From the NCBI GenBank assembly GCA_965261735.1, contig OZ253470.1:1472001-1536000 (forward strand): DNA of 64,000 bases. The letters are read 5' to 3'. The translations under genes and the position numbers were made by a program. The DNA comes from Alphaproteobacteria bacterium (lineage in GTDB: Bacteria > Pseudomonadota > Alphaproteobacteria > SHVV01). Below the pieces are notes generated by a model. It made no database searches. It was not told the origin of the DNA and saw only the letters and a list, made by a program, of their open reading frames with translations. Of this stretch, positions 11,721 through 21,677 are shown piece after piece. Position 1 is the stretch's first letter. Each line of letters opens with the position of its first letter.

Positions 11721-12497
11721 TTAGCCTCCGTACACGTCGAAGTCGAAATACTTGGCGTTGATCTTCTTGTAGGTGCCGTCGTTGCGGATCTGCGCGATCG
11801 CCCGGGTGAGCATGTTGCGCAGTTCCGTCTCGCCCTTGCGCACGGCGATGCCGATGCCCTCGCCGAACCATTTGGCATCGGCGAAATCCGGGCCGACAAA
11901 CTCCGCATCCTTGCCCATGTCGGTATTGATCAGGCCCTCGAGAAGGACGACCGAATCGGCGAGCACCAAATCGACCCTGCCGGAGGCGAAGTCGAGATTG
12001 GCCTCCTCCTGCTTGGCGTAGGACTTGATCGTCACGACATCGCCGAAATTATCGCGCAGGAAATTATCGCTCACCGTCGCGCGCTGTACGCCGACCACCT
12101 TACCCTTGAGGCTCGTCTTGTTGATCTCGATGCCCGAGCCCTTCTTGCGCACGAACTTCGCGGGCGTCTGGTAGTAGCGGTTGGTGAAGTCGACTTTTTG
12201 CTTGCGCTCCTCGGTGATCGACATCGAGGCGACGATGGTGTCGTACTTCTTGGCGATCAGTCCTGGGATGATGCCGTCCCAGTCCTGCGCCGCCCACACG
12301 CATTCGACCTTCATGGCCGCGCAGAGCGCGTTGCCGATGTCGACGTCGAAGCCCTGAAGCTTGCCGTCCTTGTCGACGAAGTTGAACGGCGGATAGGCAC
12401 CCTCGGTACCCATGCGCACCGTCTTGATCTGAGCCGAAGCCGCGCCGGCAGCAACGCACAGGGCCGCCGCCATTACCCAAGTCCACAGCGTTCTCAT
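11721..12497 (-). CDS. Polar amino-acid/opine ABC substrate-binding protein (ArgT/HisJ-like)
   Basis: Signal peptide, GTEGAYPPFN, GFDVDI, DWDGIIPGL, SMSITEER. Confidence 0.93.
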   Translation of the reverse strand: MRTLWTWVMAAALCVAAGAASAQIKTVRMGTEGAYPPFNFVDKDGKLQGFDVDIGNALCAAMKVECVWAAQDWDGIIPGLIAKKYDTIVASMSITEERKQKVDFTNRYYQTPAKFVRKKGSGIEINKTSLKGKVVGVQRATVSDNFLRDNFGDVVTIKSYAKQEEANLDFASGRVDLVLADSVVLLEGLINTDMGKDAEFVGPDFADAKWFGEGIGIAVRKGETELRNMLTRAIAQIRNDGTYKKINAKYFDFDVYGG

Positions 12498-12551
12498 GGC
12501 CTTCCTCCCCTTCGTGGAACCGCGATTGTCTTACTTCCGGGCGCCTGCTGG

Positions 12552-13322
12552 CTAGAGGCTTTTCGCGAGGAACCGCCGCAGGCGCTCCGAGGGCGGGCGA
12601 TCGAATATCTCGGCGGGCTGCCCTTGCGCCTCAATTCGGCCGGCGTCGAGAAACACGACCTCGGAGGAGACTTCGCGCGCGAACCCCATCTCATGGGTGA
12701 CGACCAGCATGGTGCGGCCGTCGGCCGCGAGGTCGCGCATGACCTTGAGCACCTCGCTCACCAGCTCGGGATCCAGCGCCGAGGTCGGCTCGTCGAAGAG
12801 GAGTACGTCGGGATTCATGGCGAGCGCCCGGGCGATTGCCGCGCGCTGCTGCTGGCCGCCCGACAGGTGAGCGGGATAGTGGTCGAGCTTGTCAGCGAGG
12901 CCGACCTGGTCGAGGAGGGACTTGGCCTGTGCCACAGCCTGGTGCTTGGGCAGTTTGAGCACGTGCACCGGCGCCTCGATCACGTTTTGTAGCACCGTGA
13001 GGTGGGACCACAGGTTGAATTGCTGGAACACCATGCCGAGGCGGCTGCGCAGCCGGTCCACCTGGTGCCGATCCTCGGGCTCGACGCCGTGGCGCCCGCT
13101 CTTCATGCGGATCAGTTCCCCACCCACGTAAACGCGTCCCGAATCGGGGATATCCAGGAGATTGATACAGCGCAGCAGCGTGCTTTTGCCCGAGCCGCTG
13201 GCGCCGAGGATCGCGATCACGTCGTGCTCGCGGGCGCTGAGCGAGACACCCTTGAGGACATCGAGGCCGGCGAAGCTCTTGTGCAGGTCCTCGACCACGA
13301 GCGCGGGCGCCGCGGCCGTCAT
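12552..13322 (-). CDS. Polar amino-acid ABC ATP-binding protein (HisP-like)
   Basis: [33 protein letters not shown]. Confidence 0.95.
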   Translation of the reverse strand: MTAAAPALVVEDLHKSFAGLDVLKGVSLSAREHDVIAILGASGSGKSTLLRCINLLDIPDSGRVYVGGELIRMKSGRHGVEPEDRHQVDRLRSRLGMVFQQFNLWSHLTVLQNVIEAPVHVLKLPKHQAVAQAKSLLDQVGLADKLDHYPAHLSGGQQQRAAIARALAMNPDVLLFDEPTSALDPELVSEVLKVMRDLAADGRTMLVVTHEMGFAREVSSEVVFLDAGRIEAQGQPAEIFDRPPSERLRRFLAKSL

Positions 13323-13334
13323 CGCCGAGGCTCG

Positions 13335-14357
13335 CTAGCCGGAGCGCACCGCATTGATGAATTCGTAGGGATAACCGAGCTCGAAGGCGCTCGCCTCGTC
13401 GAGCCGGCGCAGGGCGTCATCGGACAACTCGAGCACAGCGGCGCCGAGGTTGTCGTCGAGTTGGTCGACGGAGCGGGCGCCGAAGATGACCGAGACGACG
13501 GCCGGCTTGGCGAGGAGCCAGGCCAGCGCCACCTGCGCCGGCGTGGCGCCGACCTCCTGCGCGACCTCGGTGACGGCCGCAATCGTTTGCCAGCTACGCT
13601 CGTTGTCGAAGCGGCTGAAGCGCTCGCGCCACTTGGTCATCCGCGCTCCATCGGGGCCCGGCTCGCCGCGCCGGAACTTGCCGCTGAGGAAGCCCCCGGC
13701 CAAGGGCGACCAGGGGAGAATGCCGATGCCGCGCTCGTTGCACAGGGGCACGTGCTCGCGCTCGAGGTCGCGCACGATCAGGCTGTACTGGGCCTGCAGG
13801 GTGACGTAGGACTCCCACCCCTGGACCTCGCTCGTCCACAGGGCATCGGTAAGGCGGGTGGCGGCATAGTTGCTGGCTCCGATGTAGAGCACCTTGCCGT
13901 GACGCACCAGGTCGTCGAGCGCGCGCAGCGTCTCCTCCTCGGGCGTCTCGTCATCCTGCATGTGGATCTGGTAGAGGTCGATGCGGCCGGTACCGAGGCG
14001 GCGCAGGCTGTCTTCGGCGCAGCGCATGATGCGCCGGCGCGAGGCACCGCTACCGAGCGGCCCCGGCCCCGTGCGGAAGCGGAACTTGGTCGCCAGCACG
14101 ACCTCGTCACGGCGACCATCGCGAGCGAACCACTTGCCGATGACGCGCTCCGACATGCCGTCGGGGCCGTAGACGTCGGCGGTGTCGATGAAGTTGATCT
14201 CCGAATCGAGGGCCTTGTTCATGATCGCGAACGAGGTCGCCTCGTCGCAATCGACCTCGTACATGAACGACTTCTCATCGACCGTGCCGAAGGTCATGGC
14301 GCCCACGCACAACGTCGATACCTTCACGCCGCTCGGGCCTAAGGATCTGTACTCCAC
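13335..14357 (-). CDS. Aldo/keto reductase
   Basis: GAMTFG, FIDTADVYG, LATKF, DLYQIH, YIGASN, PWSPLAGG. Confidence 0.93.
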   Translation of the reverse strand: MEYRSLGPSGVKVSTLCVGAMTFGTVDEKSFMYEVDCDEATSFAIMNKALDSEINFIDTADVYGPDGMSERVIGKWFARDGRRDEVVLATKFRFRTGPGPLGSGASRRRIMRCAEDSLRRLGTGRIDLYQIHMQDDETPEEETLRALDDLVRHGKVLYIGASNYAATRLTDALWTSEVQGWESYVTLQAQYSLIVRDLEREHVPLCNERGIGILPWSPLAGGFLSGKFRRGEPGPDGARMTKWRERFSRFDNERSWQTIAAVTEVAQEVGATPAQVALAWLLAKPAVVSVIFGARSVDQLDDNLGAAVLELSDDALRRLDEASAFELGYPYEFINAVRSG

Positions 14358-14464
14358 GGTTGCCTCCTCTAGCGCGATACCGCCATGATAATGGCCGAGG
14401 CCGCCACTGTATCAAAGCCGCAGCGTGAATGCGGCATCGGCGCCCTCGGCAAGGGGGGACGGAC

Positions 14465-15220
14465 ATGGCGGATCGGGCGACGAAGAAGGTGGCGGTGGTC
14501 ACCGGGGCGAGCGGCGGCGTGGGCCGCAGCGTCGTCGACCGGCTGTCACGCGAGGGCTACACGGTCGCGGCCATCGGCCGGCGGCCGGCGCGGGGCGGGC
14601 GCCACGCGCGGGCCGCCGCTGGCGCGACCCACGCCTATACCTGCGACGTCGCGGACCGGGCCCAGGTCAAGGCCACGGTGCGCGCGATCCTGAAGGATCT
14701 CGGGCGTATCGACGCCGTGGTCAACACGGCCGCGATCGTGCGCCGCGAGACCATGGCCAAGATCACGCCGGAAGCGATCGCCGATACCCTCGGCGTCAAC
14801 CTGCTCGGCACCATGAATGTGGCGCTCGCCTGCGTTCCGGCGCTCAAGAGGTCGCGCGGCACGATCGTCAATCTGAGCTCGGCGCTCACCCACCACCCGA
14901 TCCCGGGGCTTGCGGTCTATACGACCTCGAAGGGCGCCGTCGAATCCTTCACCAAGGCGCTCGCCGTCGAGCTCGCGCCGGCGCACGTGCGCGCCAACGC
15001 CCTCAGCCTGGCGGCCCTGCGCAGCGGCATTTTCCGAGCCGAGGGCACGTCGGACGCCGACTACAGGAAAACCCTCGCCCGTGCGTCCAACTATTACCCG
15101 CTGAAGCGCATCGGCGAGCCGGGCGAGGTCGCGGCCATGATCGCATTCCTGGTCGGCCCGGAGTCGTCGTGGATCACCGGCACCATCATTCCGGTCGACG
15201 GCGGCAAGAGCATCGCGTGA
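14465..15220 (+). CDS. SDR-family oxidoreductase
   Basis: TGASGGVG, YTTSK, WITGTIIPVDGG. Confidence 0.92.
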   Translation: MADRATKKVAVVTGASGGVGRSVVDRLSREGYTVAAIGRRPARGGRHARAAAGATHAYTCDVADRAQVKATVRAILKDLGRIDAVVNTAAIVRRETMAKITPEAIADTLGVNLLGTMNVALACVPALKRSRGTIVNLSSALTHHPIPGLAVYTTSKGAVESFTKALAVELAPAHVRANALSLAALRSGIFRAEGTSDADYRKTLARASNYYPLKRIGEPGEVAAMIAFLVGPESSWITGTIIPVDGGKSIA

Positions 15221-15230
15221 GGGGGCGGTC

Positions 15231-15977
15231 ATGGCGAGAAAAACGGTCCAGAAGGTAGCGCTCGTCACCGGTGGCGGCACCGGGCTCGGGCGCGACGGCG
15301 CCAACCGGCTGGCGCGCGACGGCTTCACGGTCGCGGTCCTGGGTCGCCGCGCAGCGCGGCTCAAGCCGCGGCGTGGCGAGCGGCTCCACCCCTACGCCTG
15401 CGACGTCGCCGACGCGGGCGTAGTGAAGAGCACGGTGCGCGCCGTCCTGCGCGACCTCGGCCGCCTCGACGTTCTGGTCAACTCGGCCGGCATCATAAGG
15501 CGCGAGCCGGTGGGCAAGATCAGCCCGAAGGCGATCGACGACACCATCGGCATCAACCTCGTCGGCACCATGAACGTGAGCCTCGCCTGTTTGCCGGCAC
15601 TCAAGAGGACGCGCGGCACGATCATCAACCTGAGCTCCGGCCTCGCCCGGAGGCCTTCGGCCGGATCGGTCGTCTACGCGGCGTCCAAGGGCGGCGTCGA
15701 GGCCTTCACGAAGGCGCTTGCCGCAGAGCTCGCACCCTTCGGCGTGCGCGCGAACGCCATCAGCCCGGCCGCCGTGCACAGCGAGATCTACTATGCCGAT
15801 GGCATGTCGAAGGCGGATTACACGGCGTTGATGCGCCGCGTCGGCAAGGGCTATCCGCTCGGCCGTGCCGGCGAGCCGGCCGACGTGTCGGCGTGGATCT
15901 CCTTCCTCGCCGGCCCGGACGCGACCTGGATGACGGGGGCGGTCATCCAGGTCGACGGCGGGAAGAGCGTCGGCTGA
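15231..15977 (+). CDS. SDR-family oxidoreductase, tandem paralog of the upstream gene
   Basis: TGGGTGLG, VNSAG, YAASK, VDGG. Confidence 0.92.
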   Translation: MARKTVQKVALVTGGGTGLGRDGANRLARDGFTVAVLGRRAARLKPRRGERLHPYACDVADAGVVKSTVRAVLRDLGRLDVLVNSAGIIRREPVGKISPKAIDDTIGINLVGTMNVSLACLPALKRTRGTIINLSSGLARRPSAGSVVYAASKGGVEAFTKALAAELAPFGVRANAISPAAVHSEIYYADGMSKADYTALMRRVGKGYPLGRAGEPADVSAWISFLAGPDATWMTGAVIQVDGGKSVG

Positions 15978-15987
15978 GCCGCGCACG

Positions 15988-16914
15988 ATGAGTCTCTTCC
16001 CGCCCCCCGCCGACATCGACACCGAGGTCTTCGCGCGCCTGCCCGACGCGCTGCGCCGGAAGGGCGAGACGCCGGACTGGGGCGCCGCCAACCACCCCGG
16101 CAAGGAGCTGCACTCCTTCCTCGAGGGCCCCTCGTTCGACCGCGCCGGTAATCTCTACGTGGTCGATATCCCCTACGGCCGCATATTCCGCATCTCGCCG
16201 AGCGGCGACTTTACTACGGTCGCGGAGTACGACGGCTGGCCCAACGGCCTCAAGATCCACAAGGACGGCCGCCTCTTCATCGCCGACCACAAGCACGGCA
16301 TCCTCGCCATCGACCCTGAAAGCGGCGCCGTGAGCGACATCGTCACGCACCGCCTGAGCGAGAGCTTCAAGGGCGTCAACGACCTCGTGTTCGACGATGC
16401 CGGCAACCTCTATTTCACCGACCAGGGTCAGACCGGCCTGCACGACCCCACGGGCCGCGTCTACCGCTACAACCTCGACAGCGGCACCCTGACTTGCCTC
16501 GTCGACACGGTGCCGAGCCCCAACGGCCTCGTGCTCAACCCCGAGGAGACCATACTCTACGTCGCCGTCACCCGCGGCAACGCGGTGTGGCGGATGCCGT
16601 TGCGCACGGGCGGCGTGTCCAAGGTCGGGGTGTTCGTGCAGCTCTCGGGCGGCCTCGGCGGCCCCGACGGTCTCGCCGTCGACAGCGCCGGCAATCTCTG
16701 CGTCACCCACGCCGGCATGGGGTCGGTGTGGGTGTTCTCGCGCCTCGGCGAGCCGCTCTACCGGGTGCGCTCCTGCGACGGCATCTACACCACGAACATC
16801 GCCTTCGGCGGGCCCGACAATACGAGCCTCTTCATCACCGAGTCCGATACCGGATCGATCCTGAGGGCCGACATGCCAGTGCCGGGAAGGCCGATGTACG
16901 CGCATCAGGCCTGA
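15988..16914 (+). CDS. SMP-30/gluconolactonase family protein
   Basis: EGPSFD, PNGL, NDLVFD, PDGLAVD, TNIAFGG. Confidence 0.92.
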   Translation: MSLFPPPADIDTEVFARLPDALRRKGETPDWGAANHPGKELHSFLEGPSFDRAGNLYVVDIPYGRIFRISPSGDFTTVAEYDGWPNGLKIHKDGRLFIADHKHGILAIDPESGAVSDIVTHRLSESFKGVNDLVFDDAGNLYFTDQGQTGLHDPTGRVYRYNLDSGTLTCLVDTVPSPNGLVLNPEETILYVAVTRGNAVWRMPLRTGGVSKVGVFVQLSGGLGGPDGLAVDSAGNLCVTHAGMGSVWVFSRLGEPLYRVRSCDGIYTTNIAFGGPDNTSLFITESDTGSILRADMPVPGRPMYAHQA

Positions 16915-16941
16915 GCGTCGCCGGCTGGATGCTTGCGCGCC

Positions 16942-17904
16942 ATGCCTGACGGGGTATCGGAGGCGTTGCCGGGGCGCAGTTTCGTCGAGCGTCATGCATG
17001 GGCGCCCTACCTCGTGTTGGCCCTGGCGATGCTGTTCATGGGCAGCAACGTCGTCGTCGGACGCGCCATCCGCGAGACCATACCGCCGATGGGACTCACC
17101 TTCTGGCGCTGCCTGGTCGCCGTCGTCCTGCTGGCGCCGCTCGTCGCGCCCCAGCTCCGCACCCAGGGGCGCGTGGTCGTGCGCCATTGGCGGCTCATGC
17201 TGGTTCTCGGCTTCACCTGGGCCATCAGCGGGCACGCCCTCGTGCTCCTCGGCCTGCACACCACGACGGCTGTGAACGCCGGCGTGATCACGGCGACGCA
17301 GCCCGCGCTCACCATGGTGGTGGCCTGGCTGCTGCTGCGCCATGCCGTAGCCTCGCGGCAGATTCTCGGGGTCGTGGTAGCGCTCGTCGGCGTCGTCGCG
17401 ATCATCGCCCGCGGCGACATCGGCACCCTGCTCGGCCTCGACGTCGTCATCGGCGACCTGTGGGTGCAGCTCAGCATGGTGAGCTTCGCTTTCTACAACA
17501 CGGCGGTGCGGCGGGCGCCCCAAGGCCTCAACGCCTTTGTCCTGTTCCTCGCAACCTCGGTGTCGGCGACACTCATCCTCCTGCCCTTCTACGTCGCCGA
17601 GATGGTGCTCTTCGGCGCCTATGTCGCCTTCGATGCGACCACGGCGGCGACCGTGCTCTACATGGCGGTGTTCGCTTCGATCCTGGGCTCGGCCCTGATG
17701 ACGATGGGCATCAAACAGATCGGGCCCGGCAAGTCCGCGTCCTTCACCAGCCTCATTCCGGTATTCACGGCGATCCTCGCCGTGACCTTCCTAGGCGAGA
17801 CGCTGCGGCTCTATCATTTCATCGGCATCACGCTCGTCCTCGGCGGCGTTTATATGATCAGCCGCGGGCCGACGCCCGGCGCCGTCGACGGAGGCAGGAC
17901 ATGA
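16942..17904 (+). CDS. DMT/EamA family transporter
   Basis: About 10 hydrophobic segments in two EamA repeats; LGETL near the C-terminus. Confidence 0.9.
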   Translation: MPDGVSEALPGRSFVERHAWAPYLVLALAMLFMGSNVVVGRAIRETIPPMGLTFWRCLVAVVLLAPLVAPQLRTQGRVVVRHWRLMLVLGFTWAISGHALVLLGLHTTTAVNAGVITATQPALTMVVAWLLLRHAVASRQILGVVVALVGVVAIIARGDIGTLLGLDVVIGDLWVQLSMVSFAFYNTAVRRAPQGLNAFVLFLATSVSATLILLPFYVAEMVLFGAYVAFDATTAATVLYMAVFASILGSALMTMGIKQIGPGKSASFTSLIPVFTAILAVTFLGETLRLYHFIGITLVLGGVYMISRGPTPGAVDGGRT

Positions 17905-18710
17905 AGCGGCCGGCCATCGTCCTCATCGGTTTCGGCGCCATCGCCCGAATCGTGGTGGACGGCTTGGCGGCGAATACGGAGGGCGCGCGCATCGCTGCCG
18001 TTCTGGTGCGCAAGCAGCGCGCGGAGTCGGTGCGGGCCGAGCTTGGCGCCGAGATCGAGATCATCACCGAGGTGAGGGACATCGACGCGATCGCCCCCGA
18101 CCTCGTCGTCGAATGCGCCGGCCAAGGCGCGATCGCGGACTATGGTGAGGCGGTGCTCGCCGGCGGCCACGACCTGTTGGTGATCGCCACGGGCGCCCTC
18201 GCGGATGCCGGCTTGCGAGCCCGCCTCGAGGCCGCGGCGGCGCGGAGCGGCGCGCGGATGCTGCTGCCCGCCGGCGCCATCGCCGGGATCGACGGCCTCG
18301 GCGCGCTGCGTGTCGGCGGCCTGAGCGCGGTGCGTTACACCTCGATCAAGCCGCCGCAGGCATGGAAGGGCACGCCGGCCGAAGAGACGGTGGACCTCGA
18401 GGGCTTGCGCGGGCCCACCGTCTTCTTCACGGGGCCCGCGGCCGAAGCCGCCCGGCTCTACCCCAAGAACGCGAACCTCGCGGCGACGGTCGCGCTCGCC
18501 GGGATCGGCCTCGATGAGACCGAGATCCAACTCGTCGCCGATCCGACGATCACCGACAACATCGGCCGCATCGAGGCCACCGGAACGTTCGGTCGGCTGT
18601 CGGTGGAGCTCGCCGGCCCACCCGCACCCGACAACCCCAAGACCTCGGCCATCACCGCCCACAGCATCTTGCACGCGATCGCCAACCGGCACGCGACGCT
18701 GGTGATCTGA
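17901..18710 (+). CDS. nadX: L-aspartate dehydrogenase
   Basis: IGFGAIA, VECAG, GAIAGIDGL, YPKNANLAA, NPKTSAIT; ATGA overlap with the upstream gene. Confidence 0.85.
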   Translation: MKRPAIVLIGFGAIARIVVDGLAANTEGARIAAVLVRKQRAESVRAELGAEIEIITEVRDIDAIAPDLVVECAGQGAIADYGEAVLAGGHDLLVIATGALADAGLRARLEAAAARSGARMLLPAGAIAGIDGLGALRVGGLSAVRYTSIKPPQAWKGTPAEETVDLEGLRGPTVFFTGPAAEAARLYPKNANLAATVALAGIGLDETEIQLVADPTITDNIGRIEATGTFGRLSVELAGPPAPDNPKTSAITAHSILHAIANRHATLVI

Positions 18711-18744
18711 GCGGCGATCGGGGACGCGCCGCAAGGAGAGATCA

Positions 18745-19260
18745 ATGCGCGCTATCGCAACGAGCTTGACCGTTTTGGCCCTCCTCGCTCCGGTGGCAGG
18801 ACCCTCGGCCTTCGCCGCCGAGGTGCTGCGCGGGCCGGTTCGCGTCATCGATGGCAACACGCTGGAAATCGCGGGGCGCGAGCTCGCGCTCTATGGCATC
18901 GATGCCCCGGAGCTCGGACAAACCTGCCGTTGGCCCGGCGACAGCGGACCGCGCCTCATCGAATGTGGCGCGATCGCGCGCACCGCCATGATGGACCTCG
19001 TTGCCGGCGCCGAGGTGGCGTGCGAGCCGAGGGCCGAAAGCGACGCCATCGCAGTCTGCCGCGCAGATGGTTTCGATATCGGCGCGAATATGGTGCACAC
19101 GGGCTGGGCCCTCGCGGCGCGCTCGGTCACGGACACCTCCGTCGCCATCGAACGGGATGCCGGCGCGGCGCGGCGCGGGCTATGGCGCGGCGAGTTCGTG
19201 CCGCCCTGGGAGTGGCGCCAGGGGCGGCGCTTGCCGGCCGGCGATGACGCCAAGCCCTGA
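18745..19260 (+). CDS. Thermonuclease (SNase)-like secreted protein
   Basis: VIDGNTL, LYGIDAPE, MVHTGWALA, RGLWRGEFVPPWEWR. Confidence 0.85.
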   Translation: MRAIATSLTVLALLAPVAGPSAFAAEVLRGPVRVIDGNTLEIAGRELALYGIDAPELGQTCRWPGDSGPRLIECGAIARTAMMDLVAGAEVACEPRAESDAIAVCRADGFDIGANMVHTGWALAARSVTDTSVAIERDAGAARRGLWRGEFVPPWEWRQGRRLPAGDDAKP

Positions 19261-19867
19261 CCCGCTCGGCCTCGCGGACTGGCGCCGCCGCACCGCAGAG
19301 CTCTACGCGGCGGTGCGCGCGCAAGCTGACGCGCGGGCTGCCTGGAACCTGTGGCGGCGCGAGCGCAAGCGCCTGTTTCGCGAGCACCCGCACTCGCCGC
19401 TCGAGCCGGCACGGCGGCGCGACTATTCCGGCCCCCGCTATTTCGACTACGCGCCGGGCTTACGCTTCGGCGTCGACGTCGAGGCGCCGAGCGATGTCTC
19501 CGCCCAAAGCTGCGACCTCGGCGAGGATGGCGTGATCAGGCTGCATCCGGCCGGGTGCACGCGCGGGCTAGCCGATACGCTCGGCGCCGAGCTCGTGCTC
19601 TTTTGGATCGGCGGCTATGGCGGCGGGCTGTTCCTGCCGTTCGCCGACGCGAGCGCCGGAAGCGAGACCTACGGCGGCGGGCGTTATCTGCTCGACACCA
19701 TCAAGGGTGCCGACCTCGGAACGGCCGAGGGACGCTTGGTGCTCGATTTCAACTTCGCCTACAACCCGTCCTGCGCTTACGCGCCGCGCTGGACGTGCCC
19801 GCTGGCACCGCCGGAAAACGAGCTGCCCGTGGTCGTGCGCGCCGGCGAAAGGGTGCCCGGCGCGTGA
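19244..19867 (+). CDS. DUF1684-family protein
   Basis: FLPFADASAGSETYGGGRYL, LDFNFAYNPSCAY, CPLAPPEN. Confidence 0.88.
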   Translation: MTPSPDPLGLADWRRRTAELYAAVRAQADARAAWNLWRRERKRLFREHPHSPLEPARRRDYSGPRYFDYAPGLRFGVDVEAPSDVSAQSCDLGEDGVIRLHPAGCTRGLADTLGAELVLFWIGGYGGGLFLPFADASAGSETYGGGRYLLDTIKGADLGTAEGRLVLDFNFAYNPSCAYAPRWTCPLAPPENELPVVVRAGERVPGA

Positions 19868-19873
19868 TGCCGA

Positions 19874-20776
19874 TCAGGCGTCGCCGTCGATCGCCAGCGA
19901 CACCAGTCGGTAGGTGCCGCCGCGATTGATCCAGGCGAAACCGTCGAAATCGTCGCGGAAGAAAGCATCGGCGGCCGTCGTCTGCTCGGCCCCGTCGATG
20001 CGCACCACCATCGCGCCGTCGCGCGTGCGCGTCCATTCGAGGACGTGGCTCGCGCGATCGTTCAACGCGACGCTGCCGCGCACCCGCTCGACGACGAAGG
20101 TGCCGCGCGGCGAGAAGCGCACCAGCGTTATCGACTGCGCCGGCGATACCACGAGCCGGTAGCCGGCGTCGCGTCGGGTGCCCTGAAAGATCACGAACTC
20201 GAGGTCGCCGGAAGGGTCGGGCGCGCTCACTTCGGCGGTGAGCGCAAAGGCGTTGGTCACCCGCTCGGGGAGAAAGATTTCCGCGGCCGCAGCGGGTGGG
20301 GCGGGGCGCGCCGGTTGGTCCGCTTCTTGATCGCTGCTGTCACCGAGTTGGCCCGCCAGAATGCCGGCAAGAATGCCGACCGCGAGTTCCTGTGCCGTCG
20401 GCTGGCGATCGCCCTCGCCGGCACCACCGGTCGCGGTGGCGCCGGCGCGGCTCTCGAGCCCGCGGTAGGGCTGCACCGAGAACGCGCCCGAGGCCACGAC
20501 CCAGGCCGGGTTTCGCGCGTGGTCGCCGTCGCCGAAATCGTCGAACACGAGGCGCTGCGGCCACGGCTTGTCGTAGCGGCTGGCGAGCGCACGAAGATCA
20601 CGCAGGAACAGGGGATCGGCGGCGCGGGCGCGGCTCGCCTCCTCGATCAGCGCGCGCAGCTCGCCCACCAGGGCCTGGGCCGGCTCGCCCTGGCCCCTCA
20701 CCACGCCGTAGCGCGACTGCGCGGCCGCGAGCGAGGGCAGCAGGCCGGCGAGAAGCACCAGGACCATGAAACGCAT
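19874..20776 (-). CDS. Secreted hypothetical protein with a beta-rich C-terminal domain
   Basis: Signal peptide MRFMVLVLLAGLLPSLAAA; long ORF with host-like codon use. Confidence 0.75.
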   Translation of the reverse strand: MRFMVLVLLAGLLPSLAAAQSRYGVVRGQGEPAQALVGELRALIEEASRARAADPLFLRDLRALASRYDKPWPQRLVFDDFGDGDHARNPAWVVASGAFSVQPYRGLESRAGATATGGAGEGDRQPTAQELAVGILAGILAGQLGDSSDQEADQPARPAPPAAAAEIFLPERVTNAFALTAEVSAPDPSGDLEFVIFQGTRRDAGYRLVVSPAQSITLVRFSPRGTFVVERVRGSVALNDRASHVLEWTRTRDGAMVVRIDGAEQTTAADAFFRDDFDGFAWINRGGTYRLVSLAIDGDA

Positions 20777-20796
20777 GGCGGAGCCCCGTTTCACCG

Positions 20797-21276
20797 CTAG
20801 CTCCCCGTCACCGCGATGCGCATAACGGCATCGGTCATCCAGCAGACACCGCACTCGTCGTCCTGCTGGCGCGAGAGTCTGAAGTGGTAGCCGAGATACT
20901 CATTGTCCTTGGACAGCAGGAAGACTTCGATCGTCGCCCGATTTCCATCGATGTGGAGGTTGTCGTACTCGGCGCCCCTGTGGTTGACCATGGGCTCGTA
21001 GCTCGGGTTGTGGACCATCACCTTGAAGCGCTCGAGCGGCCCGGTAAAGCGCTTGTTGTTGGGCGACGCAAAGCGCCAGGTAATCTCGATGCCGCGGTCG
21101 CGATGGGGCACGTCGTTGCGCGCCAGCGCCTCGACCTGGGCGCGCACCACCTGCTCGGGCGAGAGTGCCGCGTGCGGCACCGACTCTCCGGCCGCGGCAG
21201 GGCGCACCAGCACCAACATGGCCGCAACGAGGATCGATGCCGACATGCCCGAGCCGCTGGAGGATTTGATCCGCAT
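20797..21276 (-). CDS. DUF4864-like secreted protein
   Basis: LSPEQVVRAQVEAL...FASPNNK...FKVMVHNPSYEPM...CWMTDAV. Confidence 0.75.
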   Translation of the reverse strand: MRIKSSSGSGMSASILVAAMLVLVRPAAAGESVPHAALSPEQVVRAQVEALARNDVPHRDRGIEITWRFASPNNKRFTGPLERFKVMVHNPSYEPMVNHRGAEYDNLHIDGNRATIEVFLLSKDNEYLGYHFRLSRQQDDECGVCWMTDAVMRIAVTGS

Positions 21277-21428
21277 GATCTCAGCCGTGCCCTTCCCGCG
21301 TCATATGGCGGCTCATGCTCCGCGGGCGCCGAGTGGGTAGCGCAATCGTGTGCCACAAGCATAGCACAGGCCGAGCAGATGCCCGCGCCGGATCGAAGAA
21401 CACGCTCGCGGCCGACGCGGGCCGGCAC

Positions 21429-21627
21429 TGTAAAGTTTCCCGACAGTCCTTGCGGCCGCCGCTTTCGCGTCAAAGGTCCAAACAAAGTCAAAGGGTTACG
21501 CCCGAATTTCGCCGGCCCGGCGCGGGCCGGACCGTCAGGATTCTTTACATTCGCCTCTGCGCCGCGCACCGCATGGATCATCAACCTGTTGAAATATTTC
21601 ATAATTTCCCGGCGGACCCAAATTTGC
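21429..21627 (+). promoter_or_regulatory. sigma54 promoter region: two inverted enhancer boxes, an IHF-like site and a -24/-12 element
   Basis: TGTAAAGTTTCCCGACA (21429-45) and its inverted copy CGTCAGGATTCTTTACA (21533-49, 13/17 match). ATCAAcctgTTG (21580-91). GG-N10-GC with TTGC at 21614-21627. Confidence 0.65.
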
Positions 21628-21677
21628 GTAACAAGTGGCGACATCAACCCCGGGGATGCGTCGCGACATGAAGAAAC

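Noticed and set aside
18745-19260. Thermonuclease as a defence nuclease
   Set aside because: A common secreted alphaproteobacterial SNase-like type with a degenerate motif (DGNT) and no defence context.
21341-21355. Minus-strand TGGCACACGATTGC as a sigma54 promoter for the DUF4864-like gene
   Set aside because: The GG-to-GC spacing is 9, not the strictly required 10.
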